The notes: generated by a model from the letters alone, not told the origin. Counted from the stretch's first letter, positions 1-13,301 are shown. The stretch: DNA of 64,000 bases from Octopus sinensis (GCF_006345805.1 NC_043002.1:17980001-18044000); one strand, 5' to 3'. Program-made: numbers and translations.

Positions 1-853
1 ACCGAGGAAGTGAATGCACAGTAATTTTATTACATTAGATTCATATAATGCATGCATTACATGACATTATATGTGGTATAGAATAATCAACATTCGTTTA
101 TGGAAATCATCGCAACATCTACTTCACTTCTCCTTCCCTTTATTAGATTAATTGTTAGTTACTCTGTAAGGCCTATATCATGCATAGAGGAACCTACCTT
201 AATTTCGTAAAGTGCTCTTTTTAGTCTAATTTTCTCTTTCGGCATAACTGATTTTCGTTGGTTATTGGAATTCGACGCTCACCAGGATCTATATATATAT
301 TGTGTGAAACGTATGACAGGAAGACAAGGTACGAAAAAAAAAACGAACGCAAAGTGTTTCACGAATTATAAAACAAAAACAGAAACATGTAGGTATATAT
401 TTATATGTGTTAGTGTTCCAATGTGTGTGGGGGTGAATGTGTATGTACACATACATGAACAGAGAAAGAAATAAGGAGAGGGTGATCATTATAATACTTA
501 ATCAACGGACCTCAATATCAAATGCAGAGAAGCTATTTGGGATTTTAGTTAGTTTAAAACGCGGTTGCGCATTATTACTTTAACGCTGTAAACTTTACAA
601 GTTGGAATGTAATTCAAGGCGTAATATGTGAAGAATTTCATTTAAAATTCATAAGTGAAATCTTACGTATACATTTTTTTTAATCATGTATACCTCATAT
701 GTTTATTGCCTTCTTCTACACAGTTTATCCTTTTTCTGATTTTTTGTTATGTATTTGAATTTTAAAACTCACTATATTTTGTAAAAAAAAAGTTCTTTTC
801 TCATTAATAACGTCTGTTTATGTTTTTTTTTTATATTAGAAAAATATTTTCAT

Positions 854-899
854 CATTACGTTATTTGATATTAAGGAAAATATATTTACATCGATTACA

Positions 900-945
<46 letters not shown>

Positions 946-1012
946 TATATATATATATTCATTACGTTATTTGATATTAAGGAAAATATATTTACATCGA
1001 TTACATAACTAT
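854..1012. repeat. 53-bp direct duplication (854-906 and 960-1012) bracketing a (TA)n run
   Basis: cattacgttatttgatattaaggaaaatatatttacatcgattacataactata occurs twice, separated only by TA microsatellite. Confidence 0.9.
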
Positions 1013-1073
1013 ATTATATATATATATATATGTTATATATATATGTATATATATATGTATATATGTATGTATA

Positions 1074-1114
<41 letters not shown>

Positions 1115-1156
1115 ATATATATATGTATATATATATATGTATATATATATATATGT

Positions 1157-1196
<40 letters not shown>

Positions 1197-1197
1197 G

Positions 1198-1244
<47 letters not shown>

Positions 1245-1278
1245 ATATATATATATATCTGTGCGTGTGTGTGTGTGA
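1013..1278. repeat. compound (TA)n/(TATG)n/(TG)n microsatellite
   Basis: direct inspection. Confidence 0.95.
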
Positions 1279-1382
1279 GTGTTTGTGTCTGTGTGTCTGT
1301 GTGTATATTCTGTTCTCTAATTCATGTTAATGGAATGATACTTTTCAAACTAACTGAATTTGGTTTAATTGGAAAAAATAAC

Positions 1383-1651
1383 CCTGTCTAATCGATGAAA
1401 CTTCATAAATATTTGAAACGTGGACAAATCAATGTACTCAATGAAATACCGTCTAGTATGGATAGGTATTAGTTTGGATGAGACGCGGTCATGGATCTCA
1501 TCACAGGATAATAAGTCCTGCTTTTGATGCAAACGAAACCCGTTCTCCTGTTTCGTGGTCCAGTAGTCAGCCACTACACTGGCTCCCTTATTTGAGCAGC
1601 TTCCTATCATTGTGAGGAGGGTGTCCGGATAATAACAAAATTTGTCAAAAG
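1383..1651 (-). CDS. candidate internal coding exon of an unknown host gene ([23 protein letters not shown]...FHRLDR)
   Basis: 269-nt stop-free frame in non-repetitive, relatively GC-richer DNA; AG at 1653-1652, weak GT donor (gttatt) at 1382; no homology recognised. Confidence 0.2.
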
Positions 1652-1758
1652 CTAGATGAGCCCATTACGGGCAAACGATCATTCACTTTGTGAAGGCAAT
1701 AGTAAACTACCCCAATATCTTCTTAATAGCTAAATTATCTAGTTATGTATCCATCTAG

Positions 1759-2365
<607 letters not shown>

Positions 2366-2642
2366 TATGCATGTGCGATAACGGAGAGTTGGAGAGAGAT
2401 TATATTAATCGTTACAGACTTAAGTTATGCAAATTTGTTTTCAACATGATAACTTTAAACATTCGACAAAGAGAGAAGCGTGGAAGTGGATAATCGTAAT
2501 ATTGTAGTTTCGGTTTTCCAGCACGACAGATATTTTATGCTGAGCCATTCCACAAAGCTACATGCGGCTTTGTGTCGTAGCTGTGAAGTTATGCCGGTAA
2601 CAAACCACCGAACCGTTCAGTGAGAGGTTATAACTTTAGTCA

Positions 2643-3031
2643 GTGGAGGCGGAGTGGCCCAGTGGTTAGGCAGCGGACTCGCGGTCATAGGATCGCGGTT
2701 TCGATTCCCAGACCGGACGTTGTGTGTGTTTATTGAGCGAAAACACCTAAAGCTCCACGAGGCTCTGGCAGGGGATGGTGGTGATCCCTGCTGTACTCTT
2801 TCACCACAACTTTCTCTCACTCTTACTTCTTGTTTCTGTTGTACCTGTATTTCAAAGGGCCGGCCTTGTCACTCTCTGTGTCACGCTGAATATCCCCGAG
2901 AACTACGTTAAGGGTACACGTGTCTGTGGAGTGCTCAGCCACTTACACGTTAATTTCACGAGCAGGCTGTCCTGTTGATTCGGATCAACCGGAACCCTCG
3001 TCGTCGTAACCGACGGAGTGCTTCCAAAAAA
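2643..3031 (+). mobile_element. tRNA-derived SINE, family A, full length
   Basis: A-box tggcccagtgg, B-box-like ggtttcgattcc, A tail, 13-bp TSD ataactttagtca (2630-2642 / 3032-3044); second full copy at 48105-48524. Confidence 0.92.
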
Positions 3032-3639
3032 ATAACTTTAGTCACGTTTACGCCATAAAACCGAATGTACCTCCACGTTACGCATCCTAGAACTCACGAG
3101 ACACCTAAGAAAACAAATGGAGTATAAGTCTGCGATATGTAATAGAGGGTAATGTAACTGAGCTTCTTCTGAAACCGACCTCTGGTATGTTTCTAGCAAA
3201 ATAACTAATACCAGGAAAAGTTTTTTTTTTTTTTAAGAATACATAGTGGTGAAAAGCAATTCAAAATTTAAATAAAAGTAATTTTTACAAAAACAATGAT
3301 TGTGGTAAACAAAATAGAAATTTAATTATTGCTTTAACAAATATATTATAAAGAGAACTATAGACGTTAGAATCGATGTCACTTCAGTGTCCTCTTCCTA
3401 ACGAGTTTATATGATACTATAACATACAACCACAATTTTCATTGTTTTGAAGGTGTTGATTATAAAGTTTGTTAATACCGAGGAAGAAATAAGCCAAGAT
3501 AATTAGTTAATTATACAAAGTGACAATGTGAAAGAAACATCATCAATTCAGTATTGCTTTCCCTAAAACTATTTAAATGGTAAATACACAGGTGATGAAA
3601 ATGGAAATAGAGGCAACAATAAAGCCTTGAGTTACATAT

Positions 3640-3650
3640 GTATGTATATA

Positions 3651-3692
<42 letters not shown>

Positions 3693-3824
3693 ATATATAT
3701 ATGTAGATATATATATAATAATATATATATATATATTATAGATATATATATATATAGATATATATATATATATAGAGATATATATATATATATATATAGA
3801 TATATATATATATATATATAGATA

Positions 3825-3875
<51 letters not shown>

Positions 3876-3910
3876 GTATGTTATATGTATATATATGTAT
3901 GTATATATAC
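3640..3910. repeat. degenerate (TA)n microsatellite
   Basis: direct inspection. Confidence 0.9.
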
Positions 3911-4539
3911 GAAAAGAGAACGAGAAAAAGAAAGTTAGAGACATACAATATACGTACATACATACATCCGTAAACACTGATTAATAGGTGAGTAGATTTG
4001 CTGCAATAAATAGGAGAAATAAAACTCATTACATGAGAGTATATACAATGGATTAATTAGGCAACTTTGAAACCAATTAAATGTGTTTGGGTGTGTGTGA
4101 ACGCGCGCTTGTAAGTATGTATGTGTGTGTACGCAGGTACGTGTGTGTGTGTGTGTGTGTGTGTGTTCAAATGTTAAAAGCAGCTCAAAACTGTAAATAT
4201 TACAAATATTAAATACGTAACGTTTATGTGTTGTTAAAATCACACTTCGAAACGAAGCTAAATACGTGTCTTTCACAAATAGGAAAATCCTTCGAAGCAC
4301 CGTGAGCAATCATATTCGTTCTCTTCCTGGACAGTTTCGTCTTGCCTTACCTTTGAAGTATAGTATATTTTAATCACCTACGACTTTAATGGAATCATCT
4401 CCAGGCGAAAAAATGCAACACCTGTCGTTTTAATACCACGCACGCATTAAGTATTATGTAGTAATAATGTTAACATTAGTGAGCTGTTTCTAGCAAATAG
4501 TTTGAATTTATTCTAATTTCTCTCAGAAAGTGATTTTTA

Positions 4540-4708
4540 GGAGTTGCTATGTGGTAAGTAGCTTATTTACGAACTACAAGGTTCCGGGTTCAGTCCTACT
4601 ACGCGGCACCTTGGGCAAGTGCCTTCAACTACATTCTCGGGCCGACCAAAGCCTTGTGAGCGGATTTAGTAGACGGAAACTGAAAGAAGCTGGTCGTATA
4701 TATGTATG

Positions 4709-4763
<55 letters not shown>

Positions 4764-4870
4764 TTATTTTATAGAAGGAGCTTCTACAGGACTAGAACTG
4801 TTTCATTCAAATGAAATCATCAGGAAGCTTCCTGATGAGTCAAGTCACATTACTGAAACAAGTAAATGAG
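4540..4870 (+). mobile_element. tRNA-derived SINE, family B (CORE-like gcaccttgggcaagt), head plus 3' tip, body replaced
   Basis: head matches copies at 5976-6373 and 11405-11828; tip gtcacattactgaaacaagtaaatgag at 4843-4869 matches the family tail. Confidence 0.8.
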
Positions 4871-5004
4871 CAATAGAGAATACTTGATGTTTTCGCTTTC
4901 AGTTTGAAAGTGAAAGGTATACTGGACATTGATAAGCCTAGTATCTGTCTCTCTATATTCTTCAATTCCGGGGAGCTTTCGTTTCACCTAACTTTGATGT
5001 AGAC

Positions 5005-5308
5005 CAGGCCTGGTCAGCTCGAATTAATAACAGAAAGCGACTTATATACTGATAGAATTGAAAGCATTTAGCTTTCTCATGCTATTATTACAATAATGAA
5101 TGAACGATCGTTGATTCGACATGAAATATTATCGTTGCAAAAAACAGTAGCATCTTTCTTTTTCTTTTCATTACAATCTTAAAAATTTTTATAAGGTTTT
5201 AAATATATTTGTTTACATAAATCCATGTCAAGAAAGTATCAAGCGGGCTTGCAAGACAAAAGTCTGCAAACCGCTAGCAGCCCACGGACCTCAAGTTGGC
5301 CAGCCCTG
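5005..5308. mobile_element. non-autonomous hAT element (MITE), Buster/Charlie-like
   Basis: 15-bp TIRs caggcctggtcagct / agttggccagccctg (12/15 match); perfect 8-bp TSD ATGTAGAC (4997-5004 / 5309-5316) of nnnTAnnn type. Confidence 0.85.
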
Positions 5309-5575
5309 ATGTAGACTCTATGATTTAACACCAGACATCTTTGCAGGGATATATGTGTCTCTGTATATTTTGTGTACATATGTATATCTATACATGTATA
5401 TTTTTTGCTGATAGATCTAGTTACTGTTTATCTATATCTTAGTATGCCTATCCTTATACACGTTTAAAAATTCATCTTATTTTAATTATAAGCACAGAAT
5501 CTGAATTTCATCCGCCACATACGTGTATGGTTTCCCATTAGTAATGCTTTTATGTAGATAGGCATAAATGTAGAT

Positions 5576-5712
5576 GGAAGCATTCCGTCGGTTACGTCGA
5601 CGAGGGTTCCGGTTGATCCGAATCAACGGAACAGCCTGCTCGTGAAATTAACATGTAAGTGGCTGAGCACTCCACAGACACGTGTACCCTTAACGTAGTT
5701 CTCGGGGATATA
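5576..5712 (-). mobile_element. 3' ~135 bp of a family A SINE
   Basis: reverse complement matches 2889-3025 (atccccgagaactacgttaagg...gacggaatgcttcc). Confidence 0.9.
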
Positions 5713-6057
5713 ATATGTCCTGGGGTCGATTTGCTCGACTAAAGGCGGTGCTCCCACATGGCCGCAGTCACATGACTGAAACAAGTAAAAGAGTATATAT
5801 ATATGACTGGGATAATAAAACATAAAATGTCAAAAGAATAAACATTTATCTTATGAGCTTCATTACCTTACAGCTGCTTCTTCGATAAGATGCAGCTGTA
5901 AGGTAATGAAGCTCATAAGATAAATGTTTATTCTTTTGACATTTTATGTTTTATTATCCCAGTCATATATATATACTCTTTTACTTGTTTCAGTCATGTG
6001 ACTGCGGCCATGTGGGAGCACCGCCTTTAGTCGAGCAAATCGACCCCAGGACATATT
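5712..6057. repeat. 346-bp fold-back palindrome (perfect 166-bp arms)
   Basis: 5712-5877 is the reverse complement of 5892-6057; spacer ttcttcgataagat is itself partly self-complementary (tctt/aaga). Confidence 0.95.
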
Positions 6058-6373
6058 CTTTGTAAGCTTAGTACTAATTCTATCGGTTTCTTTTGCCGAA
6101 CCGCTAAGTTGTGGGGACGTAAACACACCACCGTCGGTTGTCAGGCAATGTTGGGGGCACAAACACAGACACACAAACATACACACACACATACATACAC
6201 ATATATACATATATACCACGGGCTTCTTTCAGTTTTCGTCTACCAAATCTACTCACAAGGCTTTGGTCGGGTCGAGGCTTTGGTAGAAGACACTTGCCGA
6301 AGTTGCCACGCACTGGGACTGAACCTGGAACCATGTGGTTTGTAAGCAAGCTACTTACCACACAGCCATTCCT
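5976..6373 (-). mobile_element. family B SINE, full length, with internal (TA)(TG) microsatellite
   Basis: tRNA-like head, CORE-like block and tail ...gactgaaacaagtaaaagag; homologous to 11405-11828. Confidence 0.9.
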
Positions 6374-6871
6374 AGGCCCATGGCTACTTACCACACATCC
6401 ACTCCTATAGCTACTTAGCACATATAGTATGTATGTATGTGTACGATATGAGTGTGTGTAACTACATGAATTTGAACTACCAATTTTAACTTCACTGAAT
6501 AATGATTTCAGATATAAACGGTTGCTGTGCCAACGATTGAATTAAAAAAATATGAAACTGTAGCTCTCTATCTAGTACGAACCAGTGCATTTGAAATTAG
6601 AACTAATTTCAAAACAGATAATACAATACATATTCATATCTGTGTGCATTTGTATGTGTCTGTGCTGTGTGTGCGTGTGTGTGTATGTATTTTGTGCGTA
6701 TTCCTTTATTTTGTTATTAGTTTCTCTCGTGTCGCAGTTGGTATATTAGGCCACCCATGTGATGGTGCCGTATAGTCGATTGCACAGACCCTCATTCGCA
6801 ACTTCATGGAAGGATGAAAATCAATTGGAATTTGTGTAGGATTTTAACATTAGTTCCAGTGGCTAGTTTGT

Positions 6872-7678
6872 CCAAAAATTTCAATTCTTAATAACTTCCT
6901 TAACTTTACAAATAAATGCATGAAAATTTGATATAATATAAAGGACATCATGGAAATGATTATGAACCAGTCAAATTCTGCAACACCAATACGTCGCATA
7001 TGAAAAATGGCAGCCATTTACGGCTTTGCACACTCGTGCTCTTTCCAAAACTTACACCATAACACCCTGAAGAGTTTCAGATACCATTCTCTGATTTCTC
7101 TACTGATGTTCTCCTTCAGTTGCACCAGGGTCTCTGGTTTCTTGACGTAAAACCTCTCTTTCAGGTATCCAGCCATTCAAAGTAGACCTTATACATGATT
7201 CCAGTAAGATGGGGCACTTGCTCATACCGCAAGAGAAACAATGCAGTTGATACAGCAGTGCTTTGGGGAGAGAATAAGCTCCCGCTACGGTAATGTCAAC
7301 TGGCCTTCACGTTCCCCCGACTTTACTAACCGAACTTTTTCTTGTGGGGATACCTGAAAGAGAGGGTTTATGTCAACAGACCGGGGACCCTGGTGCAATT
7401 GAAAGAGAACATCAATAGACAAATCAGAGAAGTGAGGTCTGAAAATGTTGATGGTGTTATGTTACAAGTTTTGGAAAAAGCACGGGCGTGCGAAGCCCAA
7501 AATGGCTGCCATTCAGTTAACGTCATTTTTCACACGTGATATAGTGGTGTTGCAAAATCTGACTTCTGCATATTCATTTTCATTATGTCCTGTAAACTGT
7601 ATCAAAACTCCGTGCATTTATTTGTAAAGTTAAGGAAGTTATTAAAAATTGAAAACCTTCAGGTATTTTTGGGAAACC

Positions 7679-7681
<3 letters not shown>
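6872..7681 (+). mobile_element. Tc1/mariner (DD41D/rosa-like) remnant with the transposase 3' end present in both orientations
   Basis: 7190-7539 (+) reads FQ*DGALAHTARETMQLIQQCFGERISSRYGNVNWPSRSPDFT-(fs)-PNFFLWGYLKERVY, 41 residues between catalytic positions; 6872-7175 is a diverged inverted copy of ~7345-7680; right end ...ggaaaccctg|TA. Confidence 0.8.
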
Positions 7682-7712
<31 letters not shown>

Positions 7713-7857
7713 GGAAACGCAGACACATATGTACACATGAATATGTAGGTGTGGGTGTTGTGTGTGTGTGTGTGAGTGTGTGTGTTTCTGAGCTTGAGAA
7801 TGTGTGTAGATGCGGAGTAACTGAAGTGTGAGTGTGTCAATGTGTATATATATATAT

Positions 7858-8252
7858 TCCATCAACTGTCCGAATGACGTTAGCATCACCTTCAAAGTAC
7901 ATCCAAGGCTTGGACCACGTGCCATCTGTCCACAACAAAAATCTAAATCGCATCACATAACGACAATACGGCACAATTATTTCACCTCAGTTGGACCCCC
8001 TTCTTCAACATTACACCAGGACACGTCAAAACAGAAACTGACCACACAAAATTCAAGAAGTCTTTGGACAAATTCCTTCAAACAGTCCCGGACAAACCAC
8101 CAACACCGGGATATGTCACTGCAAACAATAACTCTCTGCTCGAATGGGCCCTGGTGCCCAAATCCTGAATTGAAAGATTTCGCCGGTTGGTGCTGTTAAG
8201 TCAGACATGGCCTGGGCCAATACTGGCCAAAACCTTTCTAAGTTATTCTAAG

Positions 8253-8255
<3 letters not shown>
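7858..8255 (+). mobile_element. 5'-truncated 3' end of the CR1/L2-type LINE family at 54824-57116
   Basis: NCPNDVSITFKVHPRLGP...KFKKSLDKFLQTVPDKPP matches ORF 54924-55247; shared 3' UTR ggtgctgttaagtcagacatggcctgggccaat. Confidence 0.88.
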
Positions 8256-8302
<47 letters not shown>

Positions 8303-8326
8303 ACACATGCATCTTATATTTGTGTG

Positions 8327-8369
<43 letters not shown>

Positions 8370-8478
8370 TAGATATAGATATACATATACATATACATTC
8401 ATACACACATATGTAAGCAGTTATACATACTTAATCGTACCACATACACGGAAACGCAGACACATATGTACACATGAA

Positions 8479-8509
<31 letters not shown>

Positions 8510-10230
8510 GTGTCTCTGTGTGTGTGTCTGTTTGTGTGCTTGTGCTCGAGAATGTGTGTAGATGCAGGGTAACTGAAGTGTGAGTGTGTGAAAATGTGAG
8601 GTAGCTAAACTGGTGTGAATATTCAGATATATTATGTGTTACTTCGTCTCTATAACTAGAATGCTTCTATATGTATTCACAGGATGCAAAAACGCTATGT
8701 GGGGAATACAATTAATTTTGCACGGGTGTTTGAATCTCTCCTTCTCATTGCCCGTTGCTTCTTGATTTTGTTTTTATAATTTTGTCTTTCCTTTCTTTTG
8801 TTATTTGGTATCTGTATTCAACTTACTACAGCCTCCTGGCTACTAATTGCTTGTGTAGCAAATAATAGAGTGAAGGCCTCGATGATAGAGAATATTGACG
8901 TATTAGTAACATTCATGCAAACCCAATTATCTCACATGGTTGTGAGGATGAATATTGTATTAGCATCCTGTCTTGTATATATCAGAGTAATTGAATTTGA
9001 TAACATGAGTATTTTAGCAGAGATCGATCTTGCCGCTTGTCAAACTTTGTTATTTTCATGTATTGTGTTTACGCACACACCTACGCACAGAGAAAGATAT
9101 ATACGAGCACACACATGCTACAGAGGAAGAATGAGGTAGAGAGCGAGAGAGTAGTAGAAATTGATAGATCGATAGAAAGAGAGAAGAAAAGAAGGAAAAA
9201 TGTTCGAATTCAATTGGAAAGGTAATGGTCAATGTGATAAGCAGTATGGCCGAAGGCATTTCACATTGAAACACATTTAATTATTTAAACATAATATATT
9301 TTCACCCGTTCAACAAAGTTGATTCGTTCTTGACAGAAGAGAATGGTTAATTTGGTACTATAGCCTTGTGGCCATTCATACAATCTCGATTTTTCTTTAT
9401 TATTAATGACAAAACTCCAAGGTTTATTCTAAAGACGCAATCTTATACTTTCGTAGATAATCAAACACTAGTTTGTTTACTCATTCTATGGTATTCATGA
9501 ATGGGAGTCTTTTACATTGTGTATCTTAGTAGGTGAGATCTCCATCCCTCACACCACCCATTCTATTCTGAATACAAAGGAACCCAGCTGGTCCACTCGA
9601 TAATGTGTATAATGCTACCGGTGCTACACTGTGGCCATTGCCAAGAAATATAACGCTAGCTGTCACAATACTATTAACCAAATAAAACCAAAACAGAACA
9701 GACAGATAGAATCAATATTAATGGGAACGAGAAGTAAGTTGGCCTTTCTCAGAGATGTAAGTGACAAATATTTGGTTGTGTAGCAAAGCTATTAATTAAA
9801 TAGAAACTATCGCGGTTCGTAATTGCTGCTAACCTCGTGTTTGTCACAAGTGAGAAGTAAGCATTACTATGTGGTGTTGAAAGTATTCTGACTTGAAACT
9901 GATGTCAAATTTGGTGTCAAAGTTGATGTCAATTACAACCCAAAAACGCACGTTGCTGAGGGCGTTCATATGAAATACCTCTAAATGGTCTCTCAAACTG
10001 TTAGGAAAATGAACCAAATTTCCTCATTTGAAATAAGTTCTTTTTCTAATGTGAAGGAGATATTCGATAATGTTGCCCTTGATATATTTTGTCTCCAAGC
10101 CACCATGTCATGATTGTACCACGTTTGTACATATGTATAACTGATTAGCACTCAACTGATGTGACATATCAAACACAAGAAGAGACACAGACTGCTGTTA
10201 TAAATTCAAAATATTTCAGATTTATTATTG

Positions 10231-10627
10231 ACTAGCATATCGCCCGGCGTTGCTCGGGTTTGTAAGGGAAATAACTATATAATCATTTTTAGAGAGTTAT
10301 AGCCAAAAAATAGCAAAAAAATGCATTAAAAATGGAAAAAAAATGATGGTAAATTTTTTTTTTAATCGTTGACTCATCGTAGACATTTTTAGAGAGTTAC
10401 TTCCCTGATATAATAGCGAAAAAATGCATCAAAATGGGAGAAAATGATGGTAAATAATTTTTAAAATCGTAGACTCATCGTAGACGCGCGCTAATACCCA
10501 GAAGGGCTCGATATGAATCACGACTATAAGATACCCGCTTTTGGTTACACTGCACCGCAAAATGTGGGAGTAGTTAGGAATCTAAATCGTAGGAGACAGA
10601 CACACAACTTCACTTTTATATATAAAG
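10231..10627 (+). mobile_element. non-autonomous Helitron/Helentron-like element (HINE/DINE-1 type), copy 1
   Basis: starts actagc..cgcccggcgttgctcggg (subterminal hairpin), ends acagacacacaac..ttttatatataaag, resembling Lep1/DINE-1 termini; internal ~100-bp duplication. Confidence 0.7.
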
Positions 10628-11141
10628 ACTAGCAGTATCGCCCGGCGTTGCTCGGGTTTGTAAGGGAAATAACTATATAAGCATTTTTAGAGTTACTTCC
10701 CTTATAGATGCCAATTCGGGCTTTCTTAGCCATTTCTGTTTTGGTGTCTTCAAGCCATGAAGTCGTTGTTCTAAAAGAACGCTGGTCTCCTTGACAACGC
10801 TTTACGACGTTGATTTCCTTACACTCCCTTCCCCACAGCTTCACAAGGGAGGGAAGAGGGGGGAGAAGCAAACAGGTGCAGGTGTGACCATGGACGCCAA
10901 CTCCGCCGCCATCGACACACGAAAAATTATGCATTAAAATGGAATAAAAAATGATGTTAAATTATTTTTAAAATCGTAGACTCATCGTAGACGCGGCGCT
11001 AATAGCCAGACGGACTCGATATGAATCACGACTATAAGATACCCGAATTTGGTTAAACTGCACTGAAAAATGTGGGAGTAGTTAGGAATCTAAATCGAAG
11101 GGGACAGACACTCACACAACTACAGTTTTATATATATAGAT
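10628..11141 (+). mobile_element. HINE-like element, copy 2, head-to-tail with copy 1
   Basis: same 5' and 3' ends; has ~230 bp (about 10700-10930) absent from copy 1. Confidence 0.7.
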
Positions 11142-11404
11142 TTCAGTTCAATAGTCACAAGGCAAATATGTTCCGAAAAGATGGAGATAATCCTTTCAAT
11201 CAACTTATCTAGATCGCTCGTTCTTAATTTATGTAATTAATCCCAACGCATAGTATAATACATAAATTCTGATAATTCATATTTATTAGCAACATACTGT
11301 ATCTTAAATACTGCACAGAGATGCATGTTGCTTCTTTACATTGTGGTCATAACTCTGTGCATTACGAGTAATGTGTTACTTTTCGACGGACATCTAAATT
11401 CGCA

Positions 11405-11598
11405 TACTCTTTTACTTGTTTCAGTCAATTGACTGTGGCCATTCTGGAGCGCCGCCTTTAGTCGAGCAAATCGACCCCAGGACTTATTCTTTCTAAGCCT
11501 AGTACTAATTCTATCGATCTCTTTTGCCGAACCGCTAATTATGGGGTCGTAAATACACCAGCATCGATTGTCAAGCAATGTTGGCGCGGCAGACGCAT

Positions 11599-11660
<62 letters not shown>

Positions 11661-11828
11661 ACATATATACGATGGGCTTCTTTCAGTTTCCGTCTACCAA
11701 ATTCGCTCACAAGACTTTGGTCAGCCTGAGGCTATAGTATAAGACACATGCTCAAGGTGCCACGCAGTGGGAATGAACCCGGAACCATGGTTTAGCAAGC
11801 AAGCTACTTACCACACAGCCACTCCTAC
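11405..11828 (-). mobile_element. family B SINE, full length
   Basis: homologous to 5976-6373 along its whole length. Confidence 0.9.
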
Positions 11829-13244
11829 GCATCATTAAGTTTTTGTTTACAAACACTGTATTTTCAGTTCAATTAGTCCTTTTCAAATATCATTGAATTT
11901 TTCTATACATAGGAAATCTCAAGTAATTAACTTTGTAACAACGTTTATAGCTTAAATGAGATACGATGATTTCTATTGAGCATTGAATCTGAGATCTTTT
12001 CTATAGGATGGTTACATGTTACACAGCATCTTACTTCTTTTCAATGGTTTAAAAAAGGAAGAAATCTTTGAATCAATTTTCTGAAGGGGGTGGTTCGTAA
12101 TCGTATGAATCGTTCCTCTATACGAGACCAATTTATACGAGGCCAATTTATTTCATAGACGAAACGGAAAATGAACCCACACTCATGGTGTTAAAAGTAA
12201 AAGACAAGGAGCTGATGGTACAATATAGTTGTAAGAACTAGTAATTGATATGAACTACCAGTTACTTCTGGTTACATATATGCTGTGACGATTTGACTCT
12301 ATGGAAAATGTGTTTGGGGAAAATTAGTTCACAGAGATAAGCACGATTATATTTGGAGGTGATGATTAATAACTTTTTGGGGTCTCAAAGCAATATTTAA
12401 CAAGGTCAGAACAGACTGATCCAAATGCTAAATGACATAGGATCCAACACCCCCCTCTGTCAACCATAATTCTATCTTTAACTTCTAAAGCAAATGTAAT
12501 ATTTACAATGTGTTAATAAAGAAATACATTTAACATTAAATATTTACTTTCCTACACAACATTTTGCACACACACATTAAGGCGATAAACATAAGCATTG
12601 AAATTATTGTATCACTGAGTTTCCCTTCCACAACATTTAACATATGTTTCATCAGTCAACCAGTAATATTTCCTTATTTTATGGTTTATTTTTTAAAACT
12701 TTTTTTATTTTCTATTTTATTATACGATATTGCCTATTCATAAAACAGAGCAAACGACGTATCAAACATTAAAACACTTCCGTTATCTTTATCGAAATGA
12801 TAGCATTTTGAGCTTCATTTCACTCCCATTATTGAAATATTTTCGCTATCCAATCGCATTAATATTTAAATTGAACACATAGAGAAAAAATTAATAGCTT
12901 CATAAATTAATTAACAAAGGGTTTTAATCTAATTTCAATCTATATATCAATTGTATTGTATGACATTAATAAAGCCGATTTTAATATATAATTTAGATTT
13001 CATCTGTAAATTATTGAAACTGTTTATTCGTGAAATGTGTTTTACTATTTCACTGTTCACGTGTGTATATATAACGTTGTGTTCAGGAGCGTACCTGATG
13101 GAATTCATGTTGAAAGTTTTTGTGAGAACGAGTGTAGCAGTTTTAATTTCCCTACATTCACGAACACACATTTATAACATTTCATTTCTTTACTCAGTAA
13201 ATGATTTACATAAATAGGTATACACACCTACACGCATACAAATC

Positions 13245-13263
13245 TATATATATATTTACATTT

Positions 13264-13301
<38 letters not shown>

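Noticed and set aside
2643-2720. tRNA-like heads here and at 48105, 50114, 61973 and in families B and C
   Set aside because: They have A/B boxes but no complete cloverleaf and run into SINE bodies with TSDs
4831-4862. Plus-strand CTGATGA...GAAAC hammerhead-like match
   Set aside because: Stem II does not pair; the GAAAC comes from the SINE B tail
9580-9660. Frame NPAGPLDNVYNATGATLWPLPRNITL, reminiscent of hexosaminidase LWPLP
   Set aside because: Match too short and no plausible splice donor
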